NCBI RefSeq assembly: GCF_006345805.1
Contig: NC_042998.1
Coordinates: 200,818,001-200,882,000, forward strand
DNA: 64,000 nucleotides
Direction: 5' to 3'
DNA from: Octopus sinensis
Lineage: Eukaryota
Shown here piece by piece: positions 27,380 to 40,714 of the stretch; within the stretch, counting starts at the first letter, position 1, and each line of letters starts with the position of its first letter. The notes under the pieces were generated by a model, which was given only the letters and a program-made list of their open reading frames with translations, ran no database searches and had not been told where the DNA came from. Both the position numbers and the translations under genes were made by a program.

Positions 27380-27719
27380 TGAAATAAAACGATTTCTGTT
27401 CAATCTGCGTTCAGCTCCATTTCTTCAATTCACCAATAATGTTTTAATTTCAATTATCCGCACCAACGCACGGTTGCAACGCCAGATGGTTGTACCTCCA
27501 ACCGTGCTGTTTACTGCTGTGATTTTTGCTACTAAGGTATCGGTTAAACTTTTGATTAATCTACTACAAGATTATTCATCTTTCTATTTCACATAATTAT
27601 ATATATATATATATATATATAATAATAATATAGGGTGAAATCAATTAATTTGGAGTAATCATTAATTTCACCAAGTAGATATCGGCATGTAAAATCCCCA
27701 TTCGAGGAAGGTTTAAGTA

Positions 27720-28035
<316 letters not shown>

Positions 28036-28055
28036 ATAAATATATATATATATAT

Positions 28056-28110
<55 letters not shown>

Positions 28111-29880
28111 ATGCATAATATACAGTAGTGCAACAAAATAGGAGTGTCTACATAGACATGAAGCTCTTTTCACCTCCCGTACACGTAGCATTAGCAGGGT
28201 AGGAATAGAATAGTATAAAGTTTTATTAAATTGTGTAAGATACAGTAGTTTCTCTTACTAACCAAGAGATAGCGAATTTTCTCTTTTGTGACATTGGATT
28301 AGAGTACAAGACTTTATCGACCTTATCGTAAGCGTAATGGAAATTTGAATGACACCAATCGAATTTCTAATCAACACATGAGTTGTGATAAAATCTGTAC
28401 TTATGATCTTATCGCCAGACTCTTAGCCAATGCCGATTACTAAAACACGCGTTTAAATAAAGATGGCTGTACTGATAAAATTGAAGATATTACCAGTCGT
28501 TATTCAAGATAGGGTGGTTGGTTGTATATTGGGAAATATTTGAGGAATGATATTATAAACCATAACCTTAATGACAACGGAAATTTACATGGCTATAATA
28601 CTGGATCAAACATATATAACGCTCGAGTATGAATTGTAAACCGGTGTAGGAACAATAAACCCCAATGCTGTTAATGGTAACATCTCCCTGACTAAGGGTA
28701 TGAACGTTTTAATAGCTTTAAAATTGTAGGAATAAGCATAGAAACCCTTAGCTTATGTTAATCGTAACCGCAATAGCGTATATAATTGTTATAGAAAACT
28801 TGATACTATATCCTTTGGAATGATTCATCGCGATAACAATAATGGAATATGCAAACTCCGGAAGTAGAATATTCTAATGTCGAACATACTTCCTAGATTT
28901 CAGGTGACCACGGATATAATCTGAAATCGTCCCTAAACCACCGGAAAAAGCCTTCAAGTAAATATTGTAAGGTATTTAATATGCACATTTTAAAATGTTT
29001 GTACTCCACTATTTCTAATTTAGTTGATAAAATTGCCGCTATTAATAATAAGAAATCTAACGACATTAGAAAGAACGTGCGCGAGTTTAATTCTCCAAGT
29101 ATTTTGTCATTATCTAGCTCCTATGTTAACGTTATACCTCGATCTAACATGAATGTTACAATTGATTGTGTGATTCTTCAAGTCTATAGAGACAGAAGCA
29201 TCAAACCAGTAGTGCTTAGTGGAGCCGTGTCTATTACAAAATTGTATATGTGCGACAGAAACTTCGGTATCACATGATAAGAATTTTAATCTAAAGTAAA
29301 ATTTGTGGCTTCATTGTGTTTACAAGTGTCTCAAAGTAAGATTATAATATTACGCTAACAATTTGTACATCTATAAATTTCTGTTACCATTACATTCTAA
29401 ATTTTAAAAAAAAAATTGCAATTTAGTTTTATTCTAGTTTGTGTACATAATAAATAACAAAGTTTATATATTTTCTAGTGAAAACACGTAAACAAAATGA
29501 TGCGTTGCTAATAAATAAGGAGAATATTTCAAGTTTGTCAGCAAACTTATTCAAATATTTTTACAAATAGCATTTTCTAAACAAAAATGTCAAACTGAAC
29601 AAATGTAGCATTATCAATAATAATCCCGTCGCTTAAGAGTCATAATCACTTTCTCAACGAATCTATTAGAAAGTATTTAATATTAAAGGATGCATAATCA
29701 GTTTATAGCTATTATTTTTTTCCTTTTCAAATTATTTCCCAGACTCGGTGTATACAGACGCACAATGCGTGCGCACGCACACATTCATACACATGCGTAT
29801 ATGTATATATATATATGTATATATGGGCTCCGTGTGGGCAGTCATTTAAAAGTGTTTGTGCATCTTGATGCTGACATACG

Positions 29881-29979
29881 TTCCTTGTTTTTCCTGATGA
29901 GAAGGCGGCATAGTGCACCCCTTATTCCTTCGAAATTAGGAATATGCAGCCTTCGAAACATATGTCGAAAATAAAGGAA
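29881..29979 (+). ncRNA. Type I hammerhead ribozyme with GUC cleavage triplet and branched stem II
   Basis: ttccttgtttttc-CTGATGA-gaaggc...gccttc-GAAAC-atat-GTC-gaaaataaaggaa; stem III ACATATGT is palindromic; inner hairpin attcct/aggaat. Confidence 0.85.
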
Positions 29980-30052
29980 TTTCGTTAATTCGTCGTTCAA
30001 CTCCATTCTTTCATTTATATATATATATATATATACACTACTCGTGACACAG

Positions 30053-30522
30053 ATAAGTTATGGGGAGATGCTACAGGAACTAAGCTATACTCCTTAAATA
30101 GAAGTCAAGAAAGGTATACAGTGATTTGCATATGGAAGATCATTGAAGGTCTAGCTCCCAGCTTTCGAATTAAACGCTAAACAAACCAACAAAATAGCCG
30201 GCATTGCCTAATATTAAGACAGAGTCTGCATCTCATATAGGGACCCAGGATTGCAACAGTTTCGGTTTCAATACACCAAAACTTTTTAACATCCTGCTAA
30301 AGAACCTGGTATATCTGAATAGTTTAGATGTTGAAATGTCCAGAACAACCTTGACAAATTTCTATATGAAATCACACATGAGCCCACATCTCGGCAAGAG
30401 GCACTAAGAAGACCAGCTTCTTCCAACTCTCTTTTTGAAGGGACACCTCGAAACAGTAAAAGGCGGTTCTCCAGCATGGCCTTAGCTTCCGGCCGATATC
30501 ATTCTACGTGGTAAAGAATAAA

Positions 30523-30523
<1 letters not shown>
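30053..30523 (+). mobile_element. CR1/L2-like LINE 3' fragment, diverged
   Basis: SYGEMLQEL.LYSLNRSQERYTVICIWKIIEGLAPSF..CNSFGFNTPKLFNIL; homologous to the C-terminus at 53100-53500. Confidence 0.7.
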
Positions 30524-30565
<42 letters not shown>

Positions 30566-30669
30566 AGTGTGTGTGTGTTTGTGTATACACATACAAATAT
30601 CTATGAATATATTTATTGTGTATATGTATACACAGACACGCACACATACAGACAAATATACAATATATC

Positions 30670-30940
30670 AAGATCAATTATTAAACAAATTAGCCTCCAA
30701 TATTAATAAGGGACTAACCTATTTATTCCGTAACGAAGACATATTTAATAGACATGTGAACCACAAGAACAAAGCTCTAGGGAACGCTGGATATAGGGAT
30801 AAAATAGAATATAAATTACAAACGCTGGATGAAGGGGAAAATAGAATTCAATCAACTTAATGACATTGATAAATACTGCACAAATAAATACAAGAAAGAA
30901 AATAAATCTATTATATCTTATAATCCCACCAAAATTAGTA
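30670..30940 (+). mobile_element. Diverged Penelope-like RT C-terminal fragment
   Basis: LASNINKGLTYLFRNEDIFNRHVNHKNKALGNAGYRDKIEY aligns by eye with LVSNVGRRISSISSDEAAFHNAAPFYDSALKNSGFSEKIQF in the 48.4-50.5 kb element. Confidence 0.6.
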
Positions 30941-31639
30941 ATATAATCACAAAACTAATAAACTAACCACATATAAACAAGGAATTGACAAGGATAACAA
31001 ATCGAAGTACATTTCAAATCAAACTTATAATACTAAACGTAATAGTAGAAAAAACAATACTAAATTATCTCCTAAACCCAAGATAAAGAGCATCCTACTT
31101 ACAATTATAATGATTTCCACAATGTAAAAAACATAATTGATAAAATAATACTGATATGGATAATCAATTAATCACTTCTGATACCAATTCCACTGCTAAT
31201 CCATATAATGCTCTGAATAAAAATTATATTAAGCCACATATTTATTTGACCGTAAATAAACTAAAGGAGATTACGACATACCTATAAATAAGAACCACTC
31301 TGTTAAATCAAATAAGAGAATTTACATATAATCTCCCGCATGTACACGTATATATACACAAATATGCAAGCACAAATGTAAATAATTAAGTACGTAGGTG
31401 AATAGTCAAATAAAGATTCGATTAGCATTTTTGTATATACGTATATACACATACACACACATACGAATATTAATATTTAAACACACATAGACGTATACAT
31501 TCGAACATACATATATATAATTATGAATTATATCTGTACAAGCATGCTTGTACAGATATAAATCAGTAATTAAATAGGTAAATAGTCACATACTGATTTG
31601 GATACTATGTATCTGTATATTTACACAAACACATTTTTT

Positions 31640-32222
31640 TCATTTATTCTTTGTTTCAGTCATTTGATTGCCTCCATCCTGGACTTATTCATTTGACCGC
31701 GGGCCCATATCTTGTTCTTTGTAAGCCTAGTACTTATTCTATCGGTCTCTTGTGACGGACAGCTGGGTTCCAGGAACGTAAACACACCAGCATCGATTGT
31801 CAAACACAGACAAACATACATACACACATACAGACACGCACAAACACACACACACATACACACATATATATATATTTATATATACATATATATATATATT
31901 TATATATACATATATATATATTCTTTACTACTTACAAGGGGATAAACATAGAGGGGACAAACAAGGACAGGCAAAGGGATTAAGTCGATTACATCGACCC
32001 CAGTGCGAAGTGGTACTTAATTTATCGACCCCGAAAGGATGAAAGGCAAAGTCGACCTCGGCGGAATTTGAACTCAGAATGTAACGACAGACGAAATACG
32101 GCTACGCATTTCGACCGGCATGCTAACGTTTCTGCCAGCTCGCCGCCCTTGTATATATATATAAAACGGACTTCTTTCAGTTTCCGTCTACCAAATCCAC
32201 TCACAAGGCTTTGGTCGACCCA
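31640..32222 (-). mobile_element. Microsatellite-containing SINE with a nested Meta-like SINE (31925-32147) in its internal microsatellite
   Basis: 3' half at 31640-31830, (CA/TA)n, complete Meta-like SINE with head ggcggcgagctggcag at about 32147, then the host 5' body at 32163-32222. Confidence 0.75.
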
Positions 32223-33101
32223 CCAGACGCTGTAATACAATGTATATGTGTATATACACACACAGTCACACATACAAACACACACACACACATATAAACG
32301 TTTGTCTATGATTTTACATTCACAATAAGTATGAACGAATGAATTACTTCCATGTAAGTGTGCCGACATAACAGCAGTAAAATTTTCAAAGAGAATATAC
32401 ACAATTTAAACATTACATATGTATTCATGCGTGTGTGTGTGTTTGTGTGTGTGTGTGTACATGTGTGTATATATGTTGGTATAAACAATATATTTATATA
32501 TCAAAGCATGTATACTTATAAATGATTTATATTATGGATAGCTTCTAATTTGCTAGTCAATATTATGCCAAATATGAAAAATAAATTTAAGCTACCATTA
32601 GCCCACATAATTTTCATTCGTAAATCTTCCGCAAATTGAACTCTTACGAGTTAAGAAATGACATATTCTCGATCCAGTTAAGTGCATTTCATCTAATTCG
32701 AACTCATTATTACCGAGCATGATAGCAATACAAACTTACCAGAATATATATATACTTCACTATACAAGTACACGCATTTTATACATATACATACATTCAC
32801 TATACAAGTACACACATTTTATGTTCCTCTGTCCCTCTCTCTGTTTTCTACTTTCTCACACACACCTACGTACGTCCACATGTGCACAGATAGAGGCATG
32901 CAGTGCACTAACGTATATTATGAAAATGTGCAGCACATCTGTGAACGTGTACATATGAGTGCACATTCAACTACAGACAGTGAAACACCTGTTTTGTACC
33001 ATAGCAATTATTAAATTGAAAACAACAATAATAATAAATATCTATATGTGTTTATATGCATATGCATATGTGCATACATATATATGTAGATATGTATGTA
33101 A

Positions 33102-33132
<31 letters not shown>

Positions 33133-33157
33133 CACATATGTATATATCTATGTATAC

Positions 33158-33199
<42 letters not shown>

Positions 33200-33889
33200 G
33201 ATTATTCTTTGGAAATAAGATATGTGTAATTGTTGTTTCACACCGAGAAATATCTTCTATTATATTACTGCACTAAAATCATGTTATAAGACAAAAAAAA
33301 AAGGAACAAAAAACTTTGAATATAAAAACATAATCACTTAGGTTCTGTGAAACTATAATATCGAAAGAAAAATTATACAAAAAAGTAAAACTTCAATTAA
33401 TGAAAACTGAATAAATATGAAAATCACAAAAGAAATCAACATTAAACAAAAAAGAACAAATTTGTTAATTAGATACAAAGTGTATAATCAAAGTACGTAC
33501 TACGCGGAGACAATATTTGACTGCTAATGACAGATTTTGACATCAAACATATTAAATATTTTTTCTAATTATATGAGTTTCGAGAAAAGTAAAAGAGAAT
33601 AGATATTAATATGAAAATTTGTCTACGCACACATGAATGTAAGTTATGAAATATAATTTATACTTTTGCAAAGAACTGATTATTTAGAGTCAAGTGGTTT
33701 TTGCCGCTTATTTCCCACATAAAAATAAGGATGAAATTAAAAAATCAATAAGAATTTAAAAGTTTGAAAACACTCGTTCACTGTAGTTGTAACGGTAAAC
33801 ACAAATGTGATGAGAGATTTTATGATCAATGATATAAGTTTAATACGAGTATTTACATGCTGATGACGATGATGTTGATGGTCATGGTG

Positions 33890-33922
33890 ATGAGGATGAT
33901 GATGATGAGGATGATGATGATG

Positions 33923-33955
<33 letters not shown>

Positions 33956-34061
33956 TAATAATAATAATAACAATAATATTAATAATAATAGTAATAATAA
34001 TAATAATAATAACAATAATAATAATAATAATAATAATAGTTATTATAATAATAATATTAAC

Positions 34062-34103
<42 letters not shown>

Positions 34104-34125
34104 TAATAATAATAATAATAATAAT
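33890..34125. repeat. (GAT)n/(AAT)n microsatellite
   Basis: Directly visible. Confidence 0.9.
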
Positions 34126-34424
34126 CCAGTAGTTGTAGTCCTAATAAACCACGCGGGCCACAAACATGAGTTTTTAGAGATATATGTCGGAGAAATTGGA
34201 ATTGGCATGAGAGCAGACCATGTCCAGAGAGCTGCTTTTTGGGGGACAGTTAGGATTTTCAGATTGGTGCTTGGATGTTGAGTATCTTCTAAGAAGCTCA
34301 ATATCTGAGTTCCAAGACATATAATTTGTGACAAGATGCTCTGTAAGACCTTTGAGAACATGATGTAGTCCCCTCTCACAGAATTACCAGTGCAAGTATG
34401 ATCGAGATATCTGAGAATTAAAAT
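34126..34424 (+). mobile_element. 5'-truncated RLE-type LINE, second Dong/R4-like family
   Basis: PVVVVLINHAGHKHEFLEIYVGEIGIGMRADHVQRAAFWGTVRIFRLVLGC* (cf. QKAALLGTARILRxVL); lies between (AAT)n and (GAT)n tracts. Confidence 0.65.
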
Positions 34425-34474
34425 AGATGACGATGGTGCTGATGATGAAGATGATGATGATGAAGATGATAATA

Positions 34475-34507
<33 letters not shown>

Positions 34508-34664
34508 ATGGTGATAAAACGATCATAATACTCTAAAGCTGTAAAATAATTAAAACTGGACCAACAATGTATTATGATAAAACGATTACAACAAAAATTT
34601 ATTACATGTCAAATATTGGGATAAACTAAACAGAAAATAAATAGACAAAGTGAAATCGCAACAA

Positions 34665-35315
34665 TGGCTGAGAAGCTCAGAACACAGTTGCAGATCAAGA
34701 GCAAATCCTCCCCACCAGAAATCACTAGAAAGACATAAGGAAGAAGTATATATTGAACTTCAGAATATGTGGTGATGGGTAAGAAATAATGAATTCTATA
34801 GTCTTTCGCTGCCTAGTCCTGGCTAAGAAGAAATATGTACACACGTGAGAAAGTTGGAACCTACATATGTCAACATTATGGAATGATAGCAGAGGAAGAT
34901 TGTATAGGTACACCCCAGAAAAGTTCACAGAAAATTTCAAAGCAACTACATACACGTAGAGAAATCAAGGTTAACAGACCAAATATATTTGTCAGAGATC
35001 GCCAAGAGAAAATATGGCTGCTAGTCGAGCTATCGATATCAACAGTTAACAATGTATCTCTAAAACACTGAGAAACTCTTAAAATACAAAGATATGGAAA
35101 CGGATGTAACCCATATGTGGAACCTATAAACATAAACAATCCTTACAATAATAGGTGCATTAGGAATAATTAAAAATTATACAGACAAATACATAATCAA
35201 AGCAGCAGAAGTTACGAATGTATATAACATACAGACAATAGCACTACTAGGCACAGTGCACATACTACGTAAAATAAGTTCAATACGGAGAAAATAGGTG
35301 CAACACAACAAAGTT
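34665..35315 (+). mobile_element. Diverged Dong/R4-like LINE fragment: CCHC region, RLE and C-terminus
   Basis: RICGDG..CLVLAKKKY; REIKVNRPNIFVRDRQEKIWLLVELSIS; IIGALGIIKNYTDKYI..IALLGTVHILRK; same family as 1477-1768. Confidence 0.8.
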
Positions 35316-36849
35316 TTGTCTTCGTATAAAATATAGGCTACAGCAAATATTCTACTGCATATCTATGATTTCATGGTCAGTTGCTTGACCTTAACCAGTT
35401 GACCACGTCACTTAGTGGCTGATGGTATGAGCATCTTTGATCACGAGCAGAAGTAGTGGGGAAACTACCATATATATTGTGCATAAATATATGTTATTTG
35501 TGTGTGAGTGTCTGTATGCACATGTGTTTGTGAGTGAGAGTGTGTGTGTGTACATACAGATATACATAGCAGAGACTTTTGCCTTGGTAGCCAGCCATCC
35601 TGTAACAACAGGCTGCTGAGATACTCCGATCTGTTATCGTAGGATGATACATCATTCGATAACATTTGTGTGAAATAACTCTGAATTACCGAATCTCACA
35701 TAAATCATCATGAAATTTCTTACTGTAAACTGCCTCAGGAAGAATTATGTTGTAAAATGTCCAAGTGTTCGGAGCCAATAGCCACACACCTTGATAGAAA
35801 TATCAAAATTAATGTAAGTTAGGGATTATAAAGGAGTGAGAAAAACTGTGGCCTGGATGAACATTGCTACTGAAAGGATCATACTGTAACATTATTTCAG
35901 CAATGTATTGCATAATACTTATTAACTCATTGAAGATGTAAGACGTAGATTTTCGCTTGGTTGATCCAGATATGATAGTATGAACTTTTACTATCTCGAA
36001 TTATAGAAAAGTGGAAAAAATGAAACAATAGATAAACGAATATCTTTCTTATTATTAAATTTTGTTATCTGATACAAGAGATTCATCGATTATATCTTTA
36101 GGGTGTTTTAAGTTTTGGTTATATATATTGGTTGCTATAAAGTGTATTTCTTGTATGTTTCATAACGTGTGAGAAAAAGATTTTAGCGTTTTCTTTTCTT
36201 TGCAATTTTTCGTTTTTGTTTCCATTTCTTCTTTCTTTGTTTCTTTTTTATGTTTCTGAGATTAGCTAAATGTATTTCGATATCGACTAGACTTTCGCGG
36301 TCTGTAGCTGACTACTCAGTCGTTGCAATGTGTAGATGGAATCTATAATCATCTTTAGATCTGTAAAAGCTACCATCATATATTACACAATAGGGAACAT
36401 TTAAAGATTTCGAGTAACTGGTGTTAGTGTACACTGTACGAATACGTAGATTGAGACTTCATATATAAAAAAAGAAAAGTGATGTAAAATATTTTAGCGT
36501 CAACAAAATTTGTTAGGATGACATAACCTGGTGGATAATTGCAAGTTGACGTTTCCAAGCTGTATTATACCACTAATATACGAAGGTCATGTTGAAATTA
36601 CATGTTCACGTACTCATCAGACAGTTGTCCTGGAAGACGTGAAAAATGTACACGATACTTTGGATGTCCACACTAATGTGCAAAGCAAATTTATCGAAAA
36701 TACTCTGTGAAGTTTAGGCCTTTCTAGATAAACAAACGGAACGCTAAATTTCAAAGCTACGCATTCCCATATATAATTGGGCATTACAATGAGAAACTGC
36801 TATGGGGACAAGAATAACAGTAATAATGCTTTCAAAATTTGGTACAATG

Positions 36850-37035
36850 CAAGTATTTTTACAGGAGGGTGTAAGTCGATTACATCGAATCCAATGCTGA
36901 ACTGGTAATAATTTTATCGACCCTGGATGGATGAAAGGCAAAGTCGCTCTCAGCAGCATTTGAAATCAAAACGTAAAGATGCAGGAAATGTTACTAATTG
37001 AAGCACGGTAAAGATTCTGCCAGCCCGCAGCTTTA
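36850..37035 (-). mobile_element. Diverged Meta-like SINE
   Basis: aagtcgattacatcgaatcc..ctggta..atcgaccc..ggatgaaaggcaaagtcg.. Confidence 0.65.
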
Positions 37036-38379
37036 AGAATAACTATAATACCAACCTCAAGAATGTTTATCCCTTACCTCTTTATGCAACTGTTGTTATT
37101 CATAATTTCGATAACAGCAATAAGTATTAAATAATTTCATTGCTTTCGTTTATATTTTGCCAAACACCGAAGAATTAGCGCAATAAAATGTTTCAACCAG
37201 CAATTACATATACCGGGATGCTTTTTGCCGTAGCTTTTTTTTTAAAGTATATGTCAGATGTTCTCCGTATATTATTCTGCACACTTACCTATTCCATGGT
37301 TTGATGTCACGTGTTGTAACGCGCTGGATACATGTGTGGAGTGTGGGAACTACTGCTAAACACGATGTTGACTAGTTGTTACACGTCAAAGTGCCATATG
37401 TGTCTGTGTGTGAGTGTCTGTATCTGTGTCTACTCTGTTTACATCCCTGTAATTTAGAGTTTCCACAAAAGCGATCCAGACAATAAATACATGACTCATT
37501 ATATAAGTATTCCAATTTGAAGTACAGCTGATTACTTTATATTTCATTTTTTTTCAAATTTCAGAGATGTAAATGATATACTTTCGGATTATCAGTCACA
37601 AAGAGAATTTTGTTAAGAAAATGTGATTTGTTTATTAACTTCAGAAAGAAACGTAGATTGCTTTCGCTACAAAAGGTTAAAATTTGTACTATAAATCAGA
37701 TCTTGGTAGCAGCTGGTTTTCTCATATTCCTAAAGTTTCTCAGTTTAAATATGTTAAATGTGCAACAATTCTGATATCTCAAGTACCATCGTCTGCTCAG
37801 GCATATTGCCATCATTGTTGTTAGGCAACGCGTTTGTTTATGAATCCGTTTTATGATGTGATTCAGCAACGGAATTACTCTAAGAGTTTCTAACTTTGTG
37901 AGTATTTCTACAAAAAAAAAAAAATCCTATAAACTTACAACTGAAGTTTCGATACCTCTCATATATCTTCAAATTATTTCTCTATCTTAAATTATTAGCA
38001 ATTAAATTAATCGTAATTGACATGCATTTTTTTTCGAAATCATAGGTAGCTCTTTATTGCTGGAAGGACTAGTTAGGAATTGTAAATCACCTCACAGCAA
38101 TGAATGTTTTTCATGCGGCAGAGATTCGGCATAAGTAATTTTATTATATTTACACGTACATATGCGTCTTTCATATAATCATGGCCAATCTGGTTATGAA
38201 CTTTCGCTCTGATTGTTTCTTAGTAATAATATACACGTGTCACGCAATCAATTATTTCTTCCTGGTGGAAATCTGAGTTGCGTTCTGCATAAATGCATAC
38301 ACAGGCGCAAATGCGTGCACAGACATACGCATGCAAACGTGTACACATTATACACACACAGACACAGACACACACACAA

Positions 38380-38427
38380 GCACACGTGCATACGCACACG
38401 TGCATACGCACACGTGCATACGCACAC
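38380..38427. repeat. 14-bp tandem repeat (gcacacgtgcatac), about 3.5 units
   Basis: Directly visible. Confidence 0.85.
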
Positions 38428-38524
38428 ATATAGATGGGTGGATGGATAAATAGATAGATAGGTGGTGGCCCTGCGTATGTGTTTCAATATGCGTGTGTAA
38501 GTAGATGCACGAGAAACCCCTAAT

Positions 38525-38942
38525 ACCTATTTCTTTACTGCCCACAAGGGGCTAAACACAGTCAGGACAAACAAAGAGAGAGAAATGGATTAAGTCGATT
38601 ATATCCATTCCAGTGCTTAACTGGTACTTATTTAATCGACCCCGAAATGATGAAAGGCAACGTCGACCTCGGCGGAATTTGAACTCAGAACGTAACGGCA
38701 GACGAAATACCTATTTCTTTACTACCCACAAGGGGCTAGACACAGAGAGGACAAACAAGGACAGGCAAACGGATTAAGTCGATTATATCGAACCCAGTGC
38801 GTAACTGGTACGTATTTAATCGACACCGAAAGGATGTAAGGCAAAGTCGACTTCGTCGGAATTTGAAATCAGAACGTAGCGGCAGACGAAATACTGCTAA
38901 GCATTTTGCCCAGCGTGCTAACGTTTCTGCCAGCTCACCGCC
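38525..38942 (-). mobile_element. Meta-like SINE with duplicated body
   Basis: Head ggcggtgagctggcagaaacg at about 38942 and two body units. Confidence 0.8.
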
Positions 38943-40049
38943 CTGTATTTGGATCTTAGAGCGAATCACACAATATACCTAAAGTGCATTATTTTTTTTC
39001 TTTCTGATGATGTTTCTCCCTCGTTTGTGCGGAAACATATTACATTTACTGGCGAAACTAGTGGGGAATAACATAAAATTGTTTGCAAATAATTAGAAAC
39101 ATCTCAGTAGTTGGCAATCAATTATTTATATTTCAGCGAACAAGAACACACACATACAAAAAAAGCCAAAAAAAGAAAGAACAATAACTGTTCAGGAAAA
39201 AAATATGTATCGACCAACTAACTAACCGTCCATATATCACCACCACCATGATGGAAATAATTATCGCCAGCATTGTCAACGCAATCGTCATTGCTGTCAC
39301 TAGCATCTACATAGAAACTGTAATCACACAAAACAATCATCGAAAACATCTCCTCCTCAATCTTTGTTAATTTTTTTTTTCTCCTCTCTATTATTGTTAT
39401 TACAATTAGTAGCTGTAGTTGGTGAAGCAACATTATGTTTATTGATATTACTGTATTTCTCTCTCTCGTTCATATTAGAGTTGCGATTTTTAATATGCTG
39501 TTATTGTTATTTAATAATTCTTCTTCTGCATAGAATCTCGTTTTGCTTTCTGTTTTTGTTTTTTTTTATTTTTAAGAAAGACACTTATTGATATTTCATG
39601 TCTTTTTGTTACTTTCATTAGTGAAGTGACTGTAATGAAGTTTTTTTTTGTTTTTTTTTGTAGAAGAAATGTTGAAAATGGTTAAATTTATAATGAGTAT
39701 AACGATTTTAGAATCAGCTCCATCCCTCCGCGATTAATTGTTTTGCAAAATTCACGCGCACCATAAAACGATTACGAAAAGAAACACAGAGACACGTTGA
39801 CAAATATTTATATTTTTATATGGAACGTAGTAAACATAACACAAACACACACACATACACAAACTCACACACACTCAAACAGACACAAACACACAAATGA
39901 AATAGAGACACACACATATATAGTAAGAAAAATAATTATATATTTTATACAAGTATGTATATTTGTATATCTTAATGTAAATCTTATATATTTGTATATC
40001 TTTATGTAAATTGTATATCTATATATAAATACACGCGTCTATGTAGATA

Positions 40050-40250
40050 CCGCCATGATAGATTGTTAGCCACTAACAAATTTTTTCTCCCCTTGTTTCA
40101 CTCGTTTTTTTTCTGTGTCCCTTTCTGTAGAAGAGCGGAGTCACGAAACGTAAAAAACTTTTTCTATTCCTGAGCGTTATACTAATGCATCTGTTTGTTT
40201 TGTACACCACCTGTCTTGGTCTTTTGTTTTTTTCGTGAACTCTCCCTATA
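40050..40250 (+). mobile_element. Short dispersed repeat; a second copy lies inverted at about 60370-60560
   Basis: Shared ccatgatagat..tagccacta..gaaacgtaaaa..gcgttatactaat..caccacctg..tttttcgtgaa..ccctata. Confidence 0.7.
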
Positions 40251-40714
40251 TGTATATATATGTGTGTGTGGACGTGTGTGTGTGCGCGCGCATGGATGTT
40301 CCCTTACGGTAGACTGTACTGCGGTAGCCGCCTTGACAGAAACTGTTTAATTTATTTATATCTGTAGTGGTATACTATGTATATATTTAAGAAAATGTAC
40401 AGCATACGGTTTATTCAGAATTACAGTTACCTAGAACGCGTAAATTACCTAAGCCTACATGCTTTTAAAAGTATCCTGGGACGGATAAATCAAAGCAAAC
40501 ATAATGGATCGATGTAGCAGATATGTATGTTAAAGAAAGTAGTTAAATATATTGACCTAGTCAGTAAATGCACTGAGTATAATGTAAAAGATAGGAAACA
40601 GCTCGACCATATAAAAATCATTTTATATTACAAAGTATCTATTAGGTCATTAAGAATATAATTTGTAGAAAAGAAAATAAGTTTACTAATGTTTTATAAA
40701 TACAAGGAATAGTT

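Larger units (their letters stand above)
27047..27440. repeat. Inverted repeat with 167-bp arms and a 60-bp spacer; each arm carries an HHR
   Basis: 27047-27213 is the reverse complement of 27274-27440; no mismatch noticed. Confidence 0.95.

Noticed and set aside
28330-28950. Protocadherin-like fragment (possible DLND motif)
   Set aside because: It needs several assumed indels and shows no convincing cadherin calcium-binding motifs.
36545-36625. Minus-strand CTGATGA...GAAACGTC hammerhead candidate
   Set aside because: Stem I does not pair and stem II is long and unstructured.
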